From contig CM121342.1 in the NCBI GenBank assembly GCA_051530055.1, positions 6,571,489 through 6,635,488 on the forward strand: a stretch of 64,000 nt of DNA, in the 5' to 3' direction. The notes under the pieces are model-generated. The model was given only the letters and a program-made list of their open reading frames with translations, was not told the origin of the DNA and searched no databases. How positions within the stretch are numbered: the first letter of the stretch is position 1; every line of letters starts with the position of its first letter. This DNA comes from Neoechinorhynchus agilis. Taxonomy: Eukaryota > Animalia > Acanthocephala. The position numbers and the translations under genes are program-made. Below, one piece after another: positions 23,962 through 36,700 of the stretch.

Positions 23962-26900
23962 ATGTCGGAAGATGCTGAATACCTTGAGTTTCTTTGGAAG
24001 GCTGGTTGTTACGACATTGTTCAAAACGAGTACCCAGGTCACCAGGCCAAAGAATTAGAAAGATTTGGTATTGGTGGTTCACCGAGTCAATCACTGGATC
24101 CGACGACGGACACTGCATCGGCAGATAATGACGAAGCCTGGATACCACCCAAGTCGAATTGTTACACTGAAAATAGGCCGGTAGTGTTCAGACGAACGCG
24201 ACCAATGAAGAAGTGTCCATATTGTGAAACTGCCGTTGGTTCAAGGAAGAAGCAATGTCCTGATTGTAAAGGAATATTCCAAACTCCTGTTAGAATTGAC
24301 CCTGCAAGCCTTGAAACTTGTTGTTTGTTTGTTAGTGGCCATTTCTACAGAAAAGGGAAGAAGATTAAGTGTAGCGTTGGTCACTACACTACATTGTTAA
24401 TTTATCAAATGATCTAAAAGTTTATTCAAGTAAGAAACGATGTGCTGGATATCATTGCCGATGCTTTATAGTTGCTAATGAACACTTTGCCAAATGCTAT
24501 AATCCTTGTTGTATCAAAGAAAACGTAACTGAATCATGTTGTCATGTGAAAGATGCGTTAAATTCGAGTGTAATCGGAGTTCCACTCTCAATCAATTTGA
24601 GTGCATTGTGTTCGTTAACAAACTGTAAAGAGATGTTGGAACAATTGAAGCAATGTATTTGTCTTGGACGAAACCGGACTCCAGTTGTTCAACAGATTTC
24701 TGATCGAGCTTTTTGCGTTGTCTCGGATCCAGACGAAACCGCAACCGGTCTACCATTTGTTCATACGATGTTCAGACCGCCTAGCCATCGAGCCGTACGA
24801 AATGCTCCAGTCTCACAATTGTACTATGTGTTCAGTTGCGAATGTTCAGGGCATCAAGAATGGTTGAAGAAAAATAAATCCGTCAGGGATGAAAAACTTC
24901 GGTGTAAACATTACTATCTCACAGTCGCTGCTATACTATCCTCTTCGAGAATGATGAAAGCTTATAATGTTTCAGGAGTCATGTCGTCGCTAAAAAGAAA
25001 CCCTGGAAATTTAATCAATTTAACTCTTGGAGAAACAGAAGTAGAAAACATACAGGACGCTATGATTAAACGACAAAATAGATCTAAATTTAAAGAAATG
25101 ACTGTACGAAAGATCGTAACATCCAGATTGGAAAATATTAGATTGCCCCACTTATGTGTTACATGGCATTTCAGTGATTGGTTCATGTATATAATTTGTT
25201 CAATCAATGATGCTGTTACGCTGGTAACAAAGCCAAAGTGGTATCAATTGTGCTTTACGGCTCCTAATAGTTTTGCGCTTTCGTTGTCCGAACGAGCTAG
25301 GCAATCGGTTTTCTCATCATGATCGCGTTCTTTTTTTTATCGAATTTATTACCCTTTTTTCAAAAATCTTAAAAAACAAACGGGGTTTGGGTCGCTTTTG
25401 GAGTATTTATATAAAAATTGTTCAATACACCGAAAAAATCAATTAAGGCCACATTTCAAAAAAAAAGTATTAATCATATCGGAATGGTAAGTTTTGATTT
25501 GTATAGTAAAAATTATTTTTTATTCGAGAAATATTTCGACGGTGAAAAAATCTTTTCGTCTTATCGTTTATTGTAAATTAATCTCCAAGGATTTTCTCTC
25601 AGAAATCAATATCAGAATTACTTGTGGTGAAAAATAGTCGGCCGGTTAAAAATCATTTTATTATTCGAGAAATATTTCGACGGAGAGAAAATCTTTTCGT
25701 CTTATCATTTATTGTAAATTAATCTCCAAGGATTTTCTCTCAGAAATCAATATCAGAATTACTTGTGGTGAAGAATAGTCGGCCGGTTAAAAATCATTTT
25801 ATTATTCGCGAAATATTTCGACGGAGAAAAAATCTTTTCGTCTTATCGTTTATTGTAAATTAATCTCCAAGAATTTTCTCTCAGAAATCAATATCAGAAT
25901 TACTTGTGGTGAAGAATAGTCCCGGTTAAAAATCATTTTATTATTCGAAAACGAAACTTTCCTTATTTGTAAATTAATCCCAAGGATTTTTCTAAATCAA
26001 TATCAGAATTACTTGTGGTGAAAATAGTCGGCCGGTTAAAAATCATTTTATTATTCGAGAAATATTTCGACGGAAAAATCTTTTCGCAGAAATATTTCGA
26101 CGGGAAAAAATCTTTTCGTCTTATCATTTATTGTAAATTAATCACCAAGGATTTTCTCTCAGAAATCAATATCAGAATTACTTGTGGTGAAGAATAGTCG
26201 GCCGGTTAAAAATCATTTTATTATTCGCGAAATATTTCGACAGAGAAAAAATCTTTTCGTCTTATCATTTATTGTAAATTAATCTCCAAGGATTTTCTCT
26301 CAGAAATCAATATCAGAATTACTTGTGGTGAAGAATAGTCGGCCGGTTAAAAATCATTTTATTATTCGCGAAATATTTCGAAAGCGACGAAATCTTTTCG
26401 TCTTATTTATCATTGTAAATTAATCTCCAAGGATTTTCTCTCAGAAATCAATATCAGAATTACTTGTGGTGAAGAATAGTCGGCCGGTTAAAAATCATTT
26501 TATTATTCGCGAAATATTTCGAAAGAGAGGAAATCTTTTCGTCTTATTAATCATTGTAAATTAATCTCCAAGGATTTTCTCTCAGAAATCAATATCAGAA
26601 TTACTTGTGGTGAAGAATAGTCGGCGGTTAAAAATCATTTTATTATTCGAGAAATATTTCGACGGTGAAAAAATCTTTTCGTCTTATCAATTATTGTAAA
26701 TTAATCTCCAAGGATTTTCTCTCAGAAATCAATATCAGAATTACTTGTGGTGAAGAATAGTCGGCCGGTTAAAAATCATTTTATTATTCGAGAAATATTT
26801 CGACGGTGAAAAAATCTTTTCGTCTTATCATTTATTGTAAATTAATCACCAAGGATTTTCTCTCAGAAATCAATATCAGAATTACTTGTGGTGAAGAATA

Positions 26901-29047
26901 GTCGGCCGGTTAAAAATCATTTTATTATTCGAGAAATATTTCGACGGTGAAAAAATCTTTTCGTCTTATCATTTATTGTAAATTAATCTCCAAGGATTTT
27001 CTCTCAGAAATCAATATCAGAATTACTTGTGGTGAAGAATAGTCGGCCGGTTAATCATTTTATTATCCGAAATATTTCAAGAGAGGAAATCTTTTCGTCT
27101 TATTTATCATTGTAAATTAATCTCCAAGGATTTTCTCTCAGAAATCAATATCAGAATTACTTGTGGTGAAGAATATCGCCGGTTAAAAATCATTTTATTA
27201 TTCGCGAAATATTTCGAGAAAATTTTCTTATTAAAGATTTTCTCTCAGAAATCAATATCAGAATTACTTGTGGTGAAGAATAGTCGGCCGGTTAAAAATC
27301 ATTTTATTATTCGAGAAATATTTCGACGGTGAAAAAATCTTTTCGTCTTATCATTTATTGTAAATTAATCACCAAGGATTTTCTCTCAGAAATCAATATC
27401 AGAATTACTTGTGGTGAAGAATAGTCGGCCGGTTAAAAATCATTTTATTATTCGCGAAATATTTCGAAAGAGAGGAAATCTTTTCGTCTTATTTATCATT
27501 GTAAATTAATCTCCAAGGATTTTCTCTCAGAAATCAATATCAGAATTACTTGTGGTGAAAAATAGTCGGCCGGTTAAAAATCATTTTATTATTCGAGAAA
27601 TATTTCGACGGAGAAATCTTTTCGTCTTATCATTTATTGTAAATTAATCACCAAGGATTTTCTCTCAGAAATCAATATCAGAATTACTTGTGGTGAAGAA
27701 TAGTCGGCCGGTTAAAAATCATTTTATTATTCGAGAAATATTTCGACGGTGAAAAAATCTTTTCGTCTTATCATTTATTGTAAATTAATCTCCAAGTTTT
27801 CTCTCAGAAATCAATATCAGAATTACTTGTGGTGAAGAATAGTCGGCCGGTTAAAAATCATTTTATTATTCGAGAAATATTTCGACGGTGAAAAAATCTT
27901 TTCGTCTTATCATTTATTGTAAATTAATCACCAAGGATTTTCTCTCAGAAATCAATATCAGAATTACTTGTGGTGAAGAATAGTCGGCCGGTTAAAAATC
28001 ATTTTATTATTCGCGAAATATTTCGACAGAGAAAAAATCTTTTCGTCTTATTTATCATTGTAAATTAATCTCCAAGGATTTTCTCTCAGAAATCAATATC
28101 AGAATTACTTGTGGTGAAGAATAGTCGGCCGGTTAAAAATCATTTTATTATTCGCGAAATATTTCGAAAGAGAGGAAATCTTTTCGTCTTATCGTTTATT
28201 GTAAATTAATCTCCAAGGATTTTCTCTCAGAAATCAATATCAGAATTACTTGTGGTGAAGAATAGTCGGCCGGTTAAAAATCATTTTATTATTCGCGAAA
28301 TATTTCGAAAGAGAGGAAATCTTTTCGTCTTATTAATCATTGTTTTGTAAGTCTTTTTAATACTTACATATTTAAGAACTTACGAAACAATGATTGATAA
28401 AGCGATGATTCCTCTGTTTCGAAATATTTCGTGAACAATGAGTCAAAAAATTTTAATTTTCCTTCCATCAAATTCGACCAAAATAAAAGACTCTTTTGTT
28501 GTTGTAAGGAAACGTAGTACTTAAAGCAATTTCTTCGATATGATGAGAATCGATGTGTGAACAGCTACAACTGAGACGAGGGAACCTTCGTCTTTTATCA
28601 GATACAATACTAAAAACTCAATGGCGATTTGAAAAAATAGACCAAATGTACAAGTTTTTCAACACTCCTACCTGTTCGATAAAACCATTTCGGTATTTCC
28701 ATGGCCCAAAGAACAAAAGTTATCACAAATACAAGGAGATAAAAAGTGAAGAATTGGGAAATTATATTGTTTCTGGCAATCGAATCATCCGAGTCAAGTT
28801 ATCGATCGATGTAGAAAAAACTCCTTTTACTTGTAGTCTATTAGAATTTAATGGATCCTGTCGAGACCTATTAACCGTTTGTTTTCAATTTTATGTACGA
28901 TGGGAAATCATTAATCTCGAGCAGAATGGATGCGTTGGATATGCGGATCATCTCAATGATCAGGATATTGAAAATCACGAGGAACATGTAAAAGCACAGA
29001 TTGATAGAAAAGAACTTCGGAGAACGTTTGATCAGCACTTCGGATAA
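23962..29047 (+). CDS. C2orf42: C2orf42 homologue (treble-clef/zf-tcix zinc-finger protein); exons about 23962-24330, 24375-25307, 28565-29047
   Basis: KKCPYCETAVGSRKKQCPDCKGIF, DLKVYS..CRCFI, PVVQQIS, LPFVHTMF, FSCEC..RCKHYY, FSDWF and TILKTQWRFEKIDQMYKFFNTP follow the order of recalled human C2orf42 blocks. A 44-nt intron at 24331..24374 is in frame. The donor of the large intron is uncertain. Confidence 0.75.
25510..28345. repeat. 141-bp intronic satellite, about 20 copies
   Basis: tattcgagaaatatttcgacgg... at 25521, 25662, 25803 and onward; contains the palindrome cgaaatatttcg. Confidence 0.97.
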
Positions 29048-29313
29048 CGACGCGTGATTGAGCGAACCGATATTATACTTTTGTCTATCAAACTTGTTAA
29101 ATTTCGCAATTTCAATTTGGTGCTTGTTTGTAGCGAACACACAGGCTATTTTTTGATTAAGGTCCCAAAATAATCCACCTCTGAAACATGAAGATTTCTC
29201 GAGGTTACTTTTGAACACAAAAAGTTAAGAATTTTAAGCGTTTGGAGCAGAAATATTGTATTTTTGTGTTTATTTAGGTCTATACACTCGAGATGAGGAA
29301 TCTTCATTTAAAG

Positions 29314-30460
29314 AAAAAGAATGCATTCAAAAAATCGATTGTATCAGTCATGTAAGTTGAGAAAACTTTTAATTTCGTTCAGGTAAGCGATTTAAAAATA
29401 ACAACAAATCTAACCATCCAAATTCAATCTGTATTTCAAAAAAAAGAATGCATTCAAAAAATCGATTGATTGTATCAGTCATGTAAGTTGAGAAAACTTT
29501 TAATTTCGTTCAGGTAAGCGATTTAAAAATAACAACAAATCTAACCATCCAAATTCAATCTGTATTTCAAAAAAAAGAATGCATTCAAAAAATCGATTTT
29601 ATCAGTCATGTAAGTTGAGAAAACTTTTAATTTCGTTCAGGTAAGCGATTTAAAAATAACAACAAATCTAACCATCCAAATTCAATCTGTATTTCAAAAA
29701 AAAAGAATGCATTCAAAAAATCGATTTTATCAGTCATGTAAGTTGAGAAAACTTTTAATTTCGTTCAGGTAAGCGATTTAAAAATAACAACAAATCTAAC
29801 CATCCAAATTCAATCTGTATTTCAAAAAAAAGAATGCATTCAAAAAATCGATTGATTGTATCAGTCATGTAAGTTGAGAAAACTTTTAATTTCGTTCAGG
29901 TAAGCGATTTAAAAATAACAACAAATCTAACCATCCAAATTCAATCTGTATTTCAAAAAAAAGAATGCATTCAAAAAATCGATTGATTGTATCAGGTAAG
30001 CGATTTAAAAATAACAACAAATCTAACCATCCAAATTCAATCTGTATTTCAAAAAAAAGAATGCATTCAAAAAATCGATTGATTGTATCAGGTAAGCGAT
30101 TTAAAAATAACAACAAATCTAACCATCCAAATTCAATCTGTATTTCAAAAAAAAGAATGCATTCAAAAAATCGATTGATTGTATCAGGTAAGCGATTTAA
30201 AAATAACAACAAATCTAACCATCCAAATTCAATCTGTATTTCAAAAAAAAGAATGCATTCAAAAAATCGATTGATTGTATCAGGTAAGCGATTTAAAAAT
30301 AACAACAAATCTAACCATCCGAATTCAATCTGTATTTCAAAAAAAAGAATGCATTCAAAAAATCGATTGATTGTATCAGTCATGTAAGTTGAGAAAATTT
30401 TAATTTCGTTCAGGTAAGCGATTTAAAAATAACAACAAATCTAACCATCCGAATGCATTC
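29314..30460. repeat. Mixed 127-131-bp and 96-bp tandem array spanning an exon-intron-like junction
   Basis: gaatgcattc at 29446, 29577, 29705, 29832 and 29963, then 30059, 30155, 30251 and 30347. The short unit lacks tcatgtaagttgagaaaacttttaatttcgttcag. Confidence 0.95.
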
Positions 30461-30572
30461 ACCGATAAAGATTGTATTTTAGTTAACTAATTTCGACACG
30501 ATTTGAGATGGACTTTACAAACACACAGAGTTGTCCAACACAAAAAAGGGAGTATATATCAACGAATAATGG

Positions 30573-32513
30573 TTAAAATTTGAGAATCCTGTCATTTCCG
30601 AAATCAACGACGAGCAAATACCCGAGCGGCGATTTGCATACCCCACAGGGTCTATCCATTTGATCACATCCACCGGATCCAATTTTCCCGAATACATGTT
30701 TTAAACCTCCGTTTTGGTTGAATATTTGAATTCGGTAGTTCCTGGAGTCGGCAACAATGATATCTCCATTTGTATCGACTTCAACACCTTGCGGTCTTCT
30801 CAAGTACCCTGGAGAACTTCCTTCTCCACAGATAATTCTGAGAAATTTCAAGGATGAATCAAGTACAAGAATCTGATGTTTCTCGAAATCTGTCGAAACA
30901 ACATGATTATTCGGCGTGAATGCTACTCCTCGTGGATAAAAGGGTTTCCTTTTCGATGAACGTCGTTCATTGTATTCAGATATAAACAAACCGTTTCGAT
31001 CGAATAGTTGAAGACGCAAATTTTTGGTATCCGTTATAACGAATTGACTGTTTTCATTCACAGCGATATCCCATGGATAATTGAATTGTCCTCTGCCGGA
31101 TCCTTGGCATCCGAACACTACGATGGGCTCAAGGACTACACCGTCGTGTTTTTTAAGCGCCGTCATCGATATAAGTCTCGCAAATATGTCACTCATTGAA
31201 AATATCTGAATTCTGTGATTATCTTTGTCACAAACCAAAAGACGTCCAAGGTTATTGTCACATGCAACACCAGAAGGACGGTTAAATTCCCCAGCAGCAA
31301 TTCCAATTCGTCCAATCGAAACAAGAAATTTTAAATTGGGATTCAACATTTTCACATTATGGTTGCATCGATCAGCAACAAAGACGTAACCGTCTTGATG
31401 GCAGCAGATTCCCCATGGACGAGCATATATCGACGACCAGTTTTGCTTACGGCCAGACGAAGACTCACCGTTTGATGTTGATGCTGCATTGTTGTTGTTG
31501 TTGAACGGACTCAAAACTCGATGATTTTGTATGTTTTGTGTTTTTCGTTGATTTTTAACATCAATAACAAATGGTGTTCCGTGTAAGTTTTGACCGTTGA
31601 TATTGACGACCAATAAATGTTTCCCGATACGATTAAAAATCAAACAAATCAAGTAAGTTCCATTGTTGTTATCGATGACATCAATAACAGAATTACTCCT
31701 TTTATCCAATTTCCCTTCTTTTGATACCAATTGGACAGAAGCATCAATTACGTCTCCTCCACTCTGTACAACACAACCGAAATGATCTTTTACTTGAATG
31801 ATCGCCTTAACTTTTGATCGAATTTTCACATTACAAAAATCAGCATGAACAAGAGAGCTTTTTGGTCCACAACCTGATCGAGTTTTTGTTGATCCATGAA
31901 GCAATAACTGGTGAATTTGTTTTTTTGAAGAACTCGACATTGAATTGACAGAAAATCTCAGCATTTCCAACAACATCGTTCGCTTTGTTTTAGCGAGCTT
32001 TTCAACATTCTCTTCAATATCGACAAACGTTCCAATAAGTGTAGTGGCCATCAAGGTAAACTCCTTTCTGATACTTTCCTTAGTGCTTTCCTCTAACCTA
32101 TTCACCTCTGACATCAATTTAAGATACTCTTCAGTCAATAGAGAACAATGAGTGCCATTATCATCATGATTGGTCATATCGTTGGCTAAGGTTACATAAT
32201 GATGAGATGAATGAGTGCTCAAGGCACAGTTTATACAGCATAAAGTTTTACATTCGGTACATTGAAAAGGAAGAGATATTGGGCACTCGCAGATTTCATT
32301 TCGTTTGTTTCCCATTGGAGTTTGCGTAGAACTAAAGGAATCGGGAATTTGAATGTGTGGTGAGGTAGCCGGTGTTGTAAATTCCATGGGATCGAGAGTA
32401 TAGGTCCTTTTTATCTCAGGAATTGAATAATCAATCTCCGGGGCATGTACTTCCTTGACAAAAGAAGAAAAAGAGTCGTAGCGAATGTTCATCAATAGTG
32501 ATCTGCATCTCAA
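30573..32513 (-). CDS. TRIM71: LIN-41/TRIM71-like TRIM-NHL protein (B-box, coiled coil, filamin repeat, 6 NHL repeats; no RING in ORF), intronless
   Basis: NHL repeats RPWGI..VADRCNH, FNRPSGVACD..DKDNHRIQIF, FNYPWDIAVN, PRGVAF..TDF, RPQGVEVD..ADSRNYRIQ and MDRPCG..VDFGNDRI match the TRIM71 series; filamin motif DNNNGTY...GTPF. The real start may be the ATG at 32492. Confidence 0.9.
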   Translation of the reverse strand: MRCRSLLMNIRYDSFSSFVKEVHAPEIDYSIPEIKRTYTLDPMEFTTPATSPHIQIPDSFSSTQTPMGNKRNEICECPISLPFQCTECKTLCCINCALSTHSSHHYVTLANDMTNHDDNGTHCSLLTEEYLKLMSEVNRLEESTKESIRKEFTLMATTLIGTFVDIEENVEKLAKTKRTMLLEMLRFSVNSMSSSSKKQIHQLLLHGSTKTRSGCGPKSSLVHADFCNVKIRSKVKAIIQVKDHFGCVVQSGGDVIDASVQLVSKEGKLDKRSNSVIDVIDNNNGTYLICLIFNRIGKHLLVVNINGQNLHGTPFVIDVKNQRKTQNIQNHRVLSPFNNNNNAASTSNGESSSGRKQNWSSIYARPWGICCHQDGYVFVADRCNHNVKMLNPNLKFLVSIGRIGIAAGEFNRPSGVACDNNLGRLLVCDKDNHRIQIFSMSDIFARLISMTALKKHDGVVLEPIVVFGCQGSGRGQFNYPWDIAVNENSQFVITDTKNLRLQLFDRNGLFISEYNERRSSKRKPFYPRGVAFTPNNHVVSTDFEKHQILVLDSSLKFLRIICGEGSSPGYLRRPQGVEVDTNGDIIVADSRNYRIQIFNQNGGLKHVFGKIGSGGCDQMDRPCGVCKSPLGYLLVVDFGNDRILKF

Positions 32514-33770
32514 TTAACAACTCCCTTCTTATGTATACCGAGTGATCTTGTGCAAATATAAACGCTCAATGACTATTTCTTTTTGCAAAAATCTAGCTTT
32601 TCAATACAAAGACTTTTTTGAACGTTCTATTTAATCGCCTCAATCACTATCCCTTGCTCCAGAACAAACGATAGGACTTCCCGTTTAGAAGTGTTTTGCT
32701 AAAGAAAATTTTTTTTGATCTGACATTTAAATTAAGGACTGAGAGGAAGGAGAGTAAACATTGTAACTCAAATTTAGTTTTTTATATCAAAAACACGCTC
32801 ATTTTATATTGCATTTGTGGTGGTTGAAGAGTGAATTATATGCGATTTTTATGGCGTTCAAAGTTGCTTTTAAGTTTTCTGTAACATCAACTTTTAGTCG
32901 ATCTTAAACTACAATGAGAACTTGCTACCATTTTGAACAACGTAAAAATGGAAATATTATCGATAAATTTCGATTGGCTTTATTTCGAGTAATTTACGCG
33001 GTTCAAACAAATGTTTTAAATTTCGAACAGGATTCTGTTCGAACTTTAAAACCTCTCAATTTCTCAATAAAATTCACGGCTGTTAAATCGTAGGGAGAGC
33101 AGCAATAGCCGCTGATGATCGCAAAAGGACTCTCTTTAGCATTGATCTAGATTTGTTTCTGAGATTTCCGATATCTGCTATAGTTCTTGAGTTATTCGTC
33201 CTTCAAGTTTTATACAAAAATCCTTGATTATTAATATCAAAACATCAATACTTCTGTGAGGTAGAAAAGCGAGATATCTATTGGAACTTTCGCTCGCGGA
33301 AGCATTGGATTGGTAATCGTAAGGAGGGGACAGTCAAGCCTCCTCATTGTTTTGGAGGACGTTGAAGAAGGAGAAAATTCTGGAAAGTTAGTCCAAATCC
33401 AAAACATTTGTTCTTAATTACGTAAATTGCTAAAATAAAGACAATAAAAAATTAAACATGCGATTGAGAAATCAGTCGACAATTCACTAACTGCCCAAGC
33501 CTGATTTTTAAACCATTACATGCAAATCAGTCGATTTCGCCAACTCGTTTATGTAGTTACTTTGTCCAATTTTCGATAAAAATGTTGTTTTTCAATCACT
33601 TTTTGAGGAAATGCCTCGAGTCACATTAAAAAAATCGTAAAAGAAGATCGTAAATGGAATGAACGTGGTTAAACGGAGATTTCAAACGTGGCAAAATCTT
33701 ACAATTTATATGCTGTAAGTGGCGGTATAAAACGGGAATCTTTCTACATGGTCTAAATTAAAAGGTTAAT

Positions 33771-36700
33771 ATGATGAACTTTCTATTATTTATCTTCCTT
33801 GCAACGGTCCGGCTAAATGAAACGACAACCAACATAAGCAAGTTGCAACTCCATTGCTACATCTGAACTTATTTGTCGATATTTAGCGTGTATCTCGTTT
33901 CAGCAAACTACAGATTGGTCAAGAAAAGGGCAATGTTCATCAATTGTAGCATGGAAGGATGTTTTCGACTCTTCTAATATAATTCAAAAAGTACTTGAAC
34001 CGTATTTCCAAATTCGTCCAAGCTATCAATGCTCATTCGACCCAATCGAGCTCAATCTTATGCTTTGCTCTCTTATATATCCATCTTGCAGCGTCAACAA
34101 CACCATTGCCAAAGTCAAACTTCCATGCAAATCAACTTGCTTCGGTTAGTTTAAATTCTATTTTTTTTAAACTAAAAGTTCGCTGGTCTATATCGTAGCC
34201 TTGTGTTCTGTTAAGAGTATTTTTCCAATTTCCAATCACAAATACTACTTGGAAGCTCTCTTTTTTAAAAATATTCCATTTTCAATCGTCTAAAGCGCTT
34301 CAAATCATTCGTTGCGAATCGCGCTACACACTATTTTCTCCTACTCTGCTTTTCAACATTTTCGACTCTGATCTGCTCTATTTTTTGTCATCGTTTTCCC
34401 CTGGATATAAAATATTTTATTGAAATATTTCTCGAGGACGGTTCGTGCCCCAATCAGTCAATATGAAAAGGTTTTTGAACTGGAATGAAGCTCTCTCAGA
34501 AACTTTTTAGTGTTCAATGAACAGAAAGTTCAACGAAACGCTTTATTTGAGATGTTTGGTGATTATAATCCCGGATATAAAATATTTTATTGAAATATTT
34601 CTCGAGGACGGTTCGTGCCCCAATCAGTCAATATAAAAAGGTTTTTGAACTGGAATGAAGCTCTCTCAGAAACTCTTTAAGTGTTCAATGAACAGAAAGT
34701 TCAACGAAAACGCTTTATTTGAGATGTTTGGTGATTATAATCCCCGGATATAAAATATTTTATTGAAATATTTCTCGAGGACGGTTCGTGCCCCAATCAG
34801 TCAATATGAAAAGGTTTTTGAACTGGAATGAAGCTCTCTCAGAAACTTTTTTGTGTTCAATGAACAGAAAGTTCAACGAAAACGCTTTATTTAAGATGTT
34901 TGGTGATTATAATCCCCGGATATAAAATATTTTATTGAAATATTTCTCGAGGACGGTTCGTCCCCCAATCAGTCAATATAAAAAGGTTTTTGAACTGGAA
35001 TGAAGCTCTCTCAGAAACTTTTTAAGTGTTCAATGAACAGAAAGTTCAACGAAACGCTTTATTTGAGATGTTTGGTGATTATAATCCCCGGATATAAAAT
35101 ATTTTATTGAAATATTTCTCGAGGACGGTTCGTCCCCCAATCAGTCAATATAAAAAGGTTTTTGAACTGGAATGAAGCTCTCAGAAACTTTAAGTGTTCA
35201 ATGAACAGAAAGTTCAACGTTTATTTGAGATGTTTGGTGATCATAATCCCCGGATATAAAATATTTTATTGAAATATTTCTCGAGGACGGTTCGTGCCCC
35301 AATCAGTCAATATGAAAAGGTTTTTGAACTGGAATGAAGCTCTCTCAGAAACTTTTTAAGTGTTCAATGAACAGAAAGTTCAACGAAAACGCTTTATTTG
35401 AGATGTTTGGTGATTATAATCCCCGGATATAAAATATTTTATTGAAATATTTCTCGAGGACGGTTCGTGCCCCAATCAGTCAATATGAAAAGGTTTTTGA
35501 ACTGGAATGAAGCTTTCTCAGAAACTTTTTGTGTTCAATGAACAGAAAGTTCAACGAAAACGCTTTATTTAAGATGTTTGGTGATTATAATCCCCGGATA
35601 TAAAATATTTTATTGAAATATTTCTCGAGGACGGTTCGTCCCCCAATCAGTCAATATAAAAAGGTTTTTGAACTGGAATGAAGCTCTCTCAGAAACTTTT
35701 TAAGTGTTCAATGAACAGAAAGTTCAACGAAAACGCTTTATTTGAGATGTTTGGTGATTATAATCCCCGGATATAAAATATTTTATTGAAATATTTCTCG
35801 AGGACGGTTCGTCCCCCAATCAGTCAATATAAAAAGGTTTTTGAACTGGAATGAAGCTCTCTCAGAAACTTTTTAAGTGTTCAATGAACAGAAAGTTCAA
35901 CGAAAACGCTTTATTTAAGATGTTTGGTGATTATAATCCCCGGATATAAAATATTTTATTGAAATATTTCTCGAGAACGCTTCGTCCCCCAATCAGTCAA
36001 TATAAAAAGGTTTTTGAACTGGAATGAAGCTCTCTCAGAAACTCTTTAAGTGTTCAATGAACAGAAAGTATAAGGAAAATGCTAACATCTCCACCTTTGT
36101 TATCCCGGAGGATTTTCTTTTTTTGATTAATTTCAGATTTAATAGAGAATTTTTAAATGCATTCTCGTTGGCTAAAATTGTTTCCTTTAATGTAGCTTGG
36201 TTATTTTGTTCGTCGGTATAATCTTCTTTTTTTAACTGAATATTTTCATGACTCATAATTGCAGCTTTTTAGTTCAAGTAGGAAAATTTTTTAAAATCTA
36301 CATTTAAATTGTAAAAATTATATATTAATTTTCAGATAACAAATATGCCTTTTTTATTTTTAAAAACTCAATTATTGGCCCTTATCCTTTTAATTTAGCG
36401 ACTTTAAGAAATTGTTGGTCGCTCACACCTTTACTTTCATGTCATTTACTGCCAGAAGATGAATGTTTAACCATCGACGGTATTTATAAGAATTATATCT
36501 TGATCATTAAAAAAAAGGTTGACTAGATCTGAGCTTATTTCGAAGCAGACAACTTAAGAATAAAGCATCGCCCGTACTTATGGAGATGCTTGTTCCAATG
36601 GTTGAAGACGGTCACGCTCACCTTCTCTCTACCAGTGATTTTGTAGCACTTGAACGGGAACGTATCATTCAAGATATTAGAAGTCTATTCCATAAATCAG

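Noticed and set aside
25320-25490. UGA recoding (open frame continues 55 codons after the TGA in C2orf42)
   Set aside because: AK3, RBCK1 and other genes end at TGA at the expected C-terminus, and the read-through peptide resembles nothing in C2orf42.
29886-30387. Long ORFs on both strands with 32-aa repeats
   Set aside because: A by-product of a 96-bp (3n) unit; flanking 127-131 bp units break the frame.
33108-33165. C/D-box snoRNA (TGATGA...CTGA)
   Set aside because: Only about 55 nt, with no terminal stem or recognisable guide; expected by chance.
30300-33270. let-7 sites or a let-7 gene near LIN-41
   Set aside because: No CTACCTC in the visible 3' flank. TGAGGTAG at about 33258 matches only the seed, is on the 5' side of the gene and does not continue as let-7.
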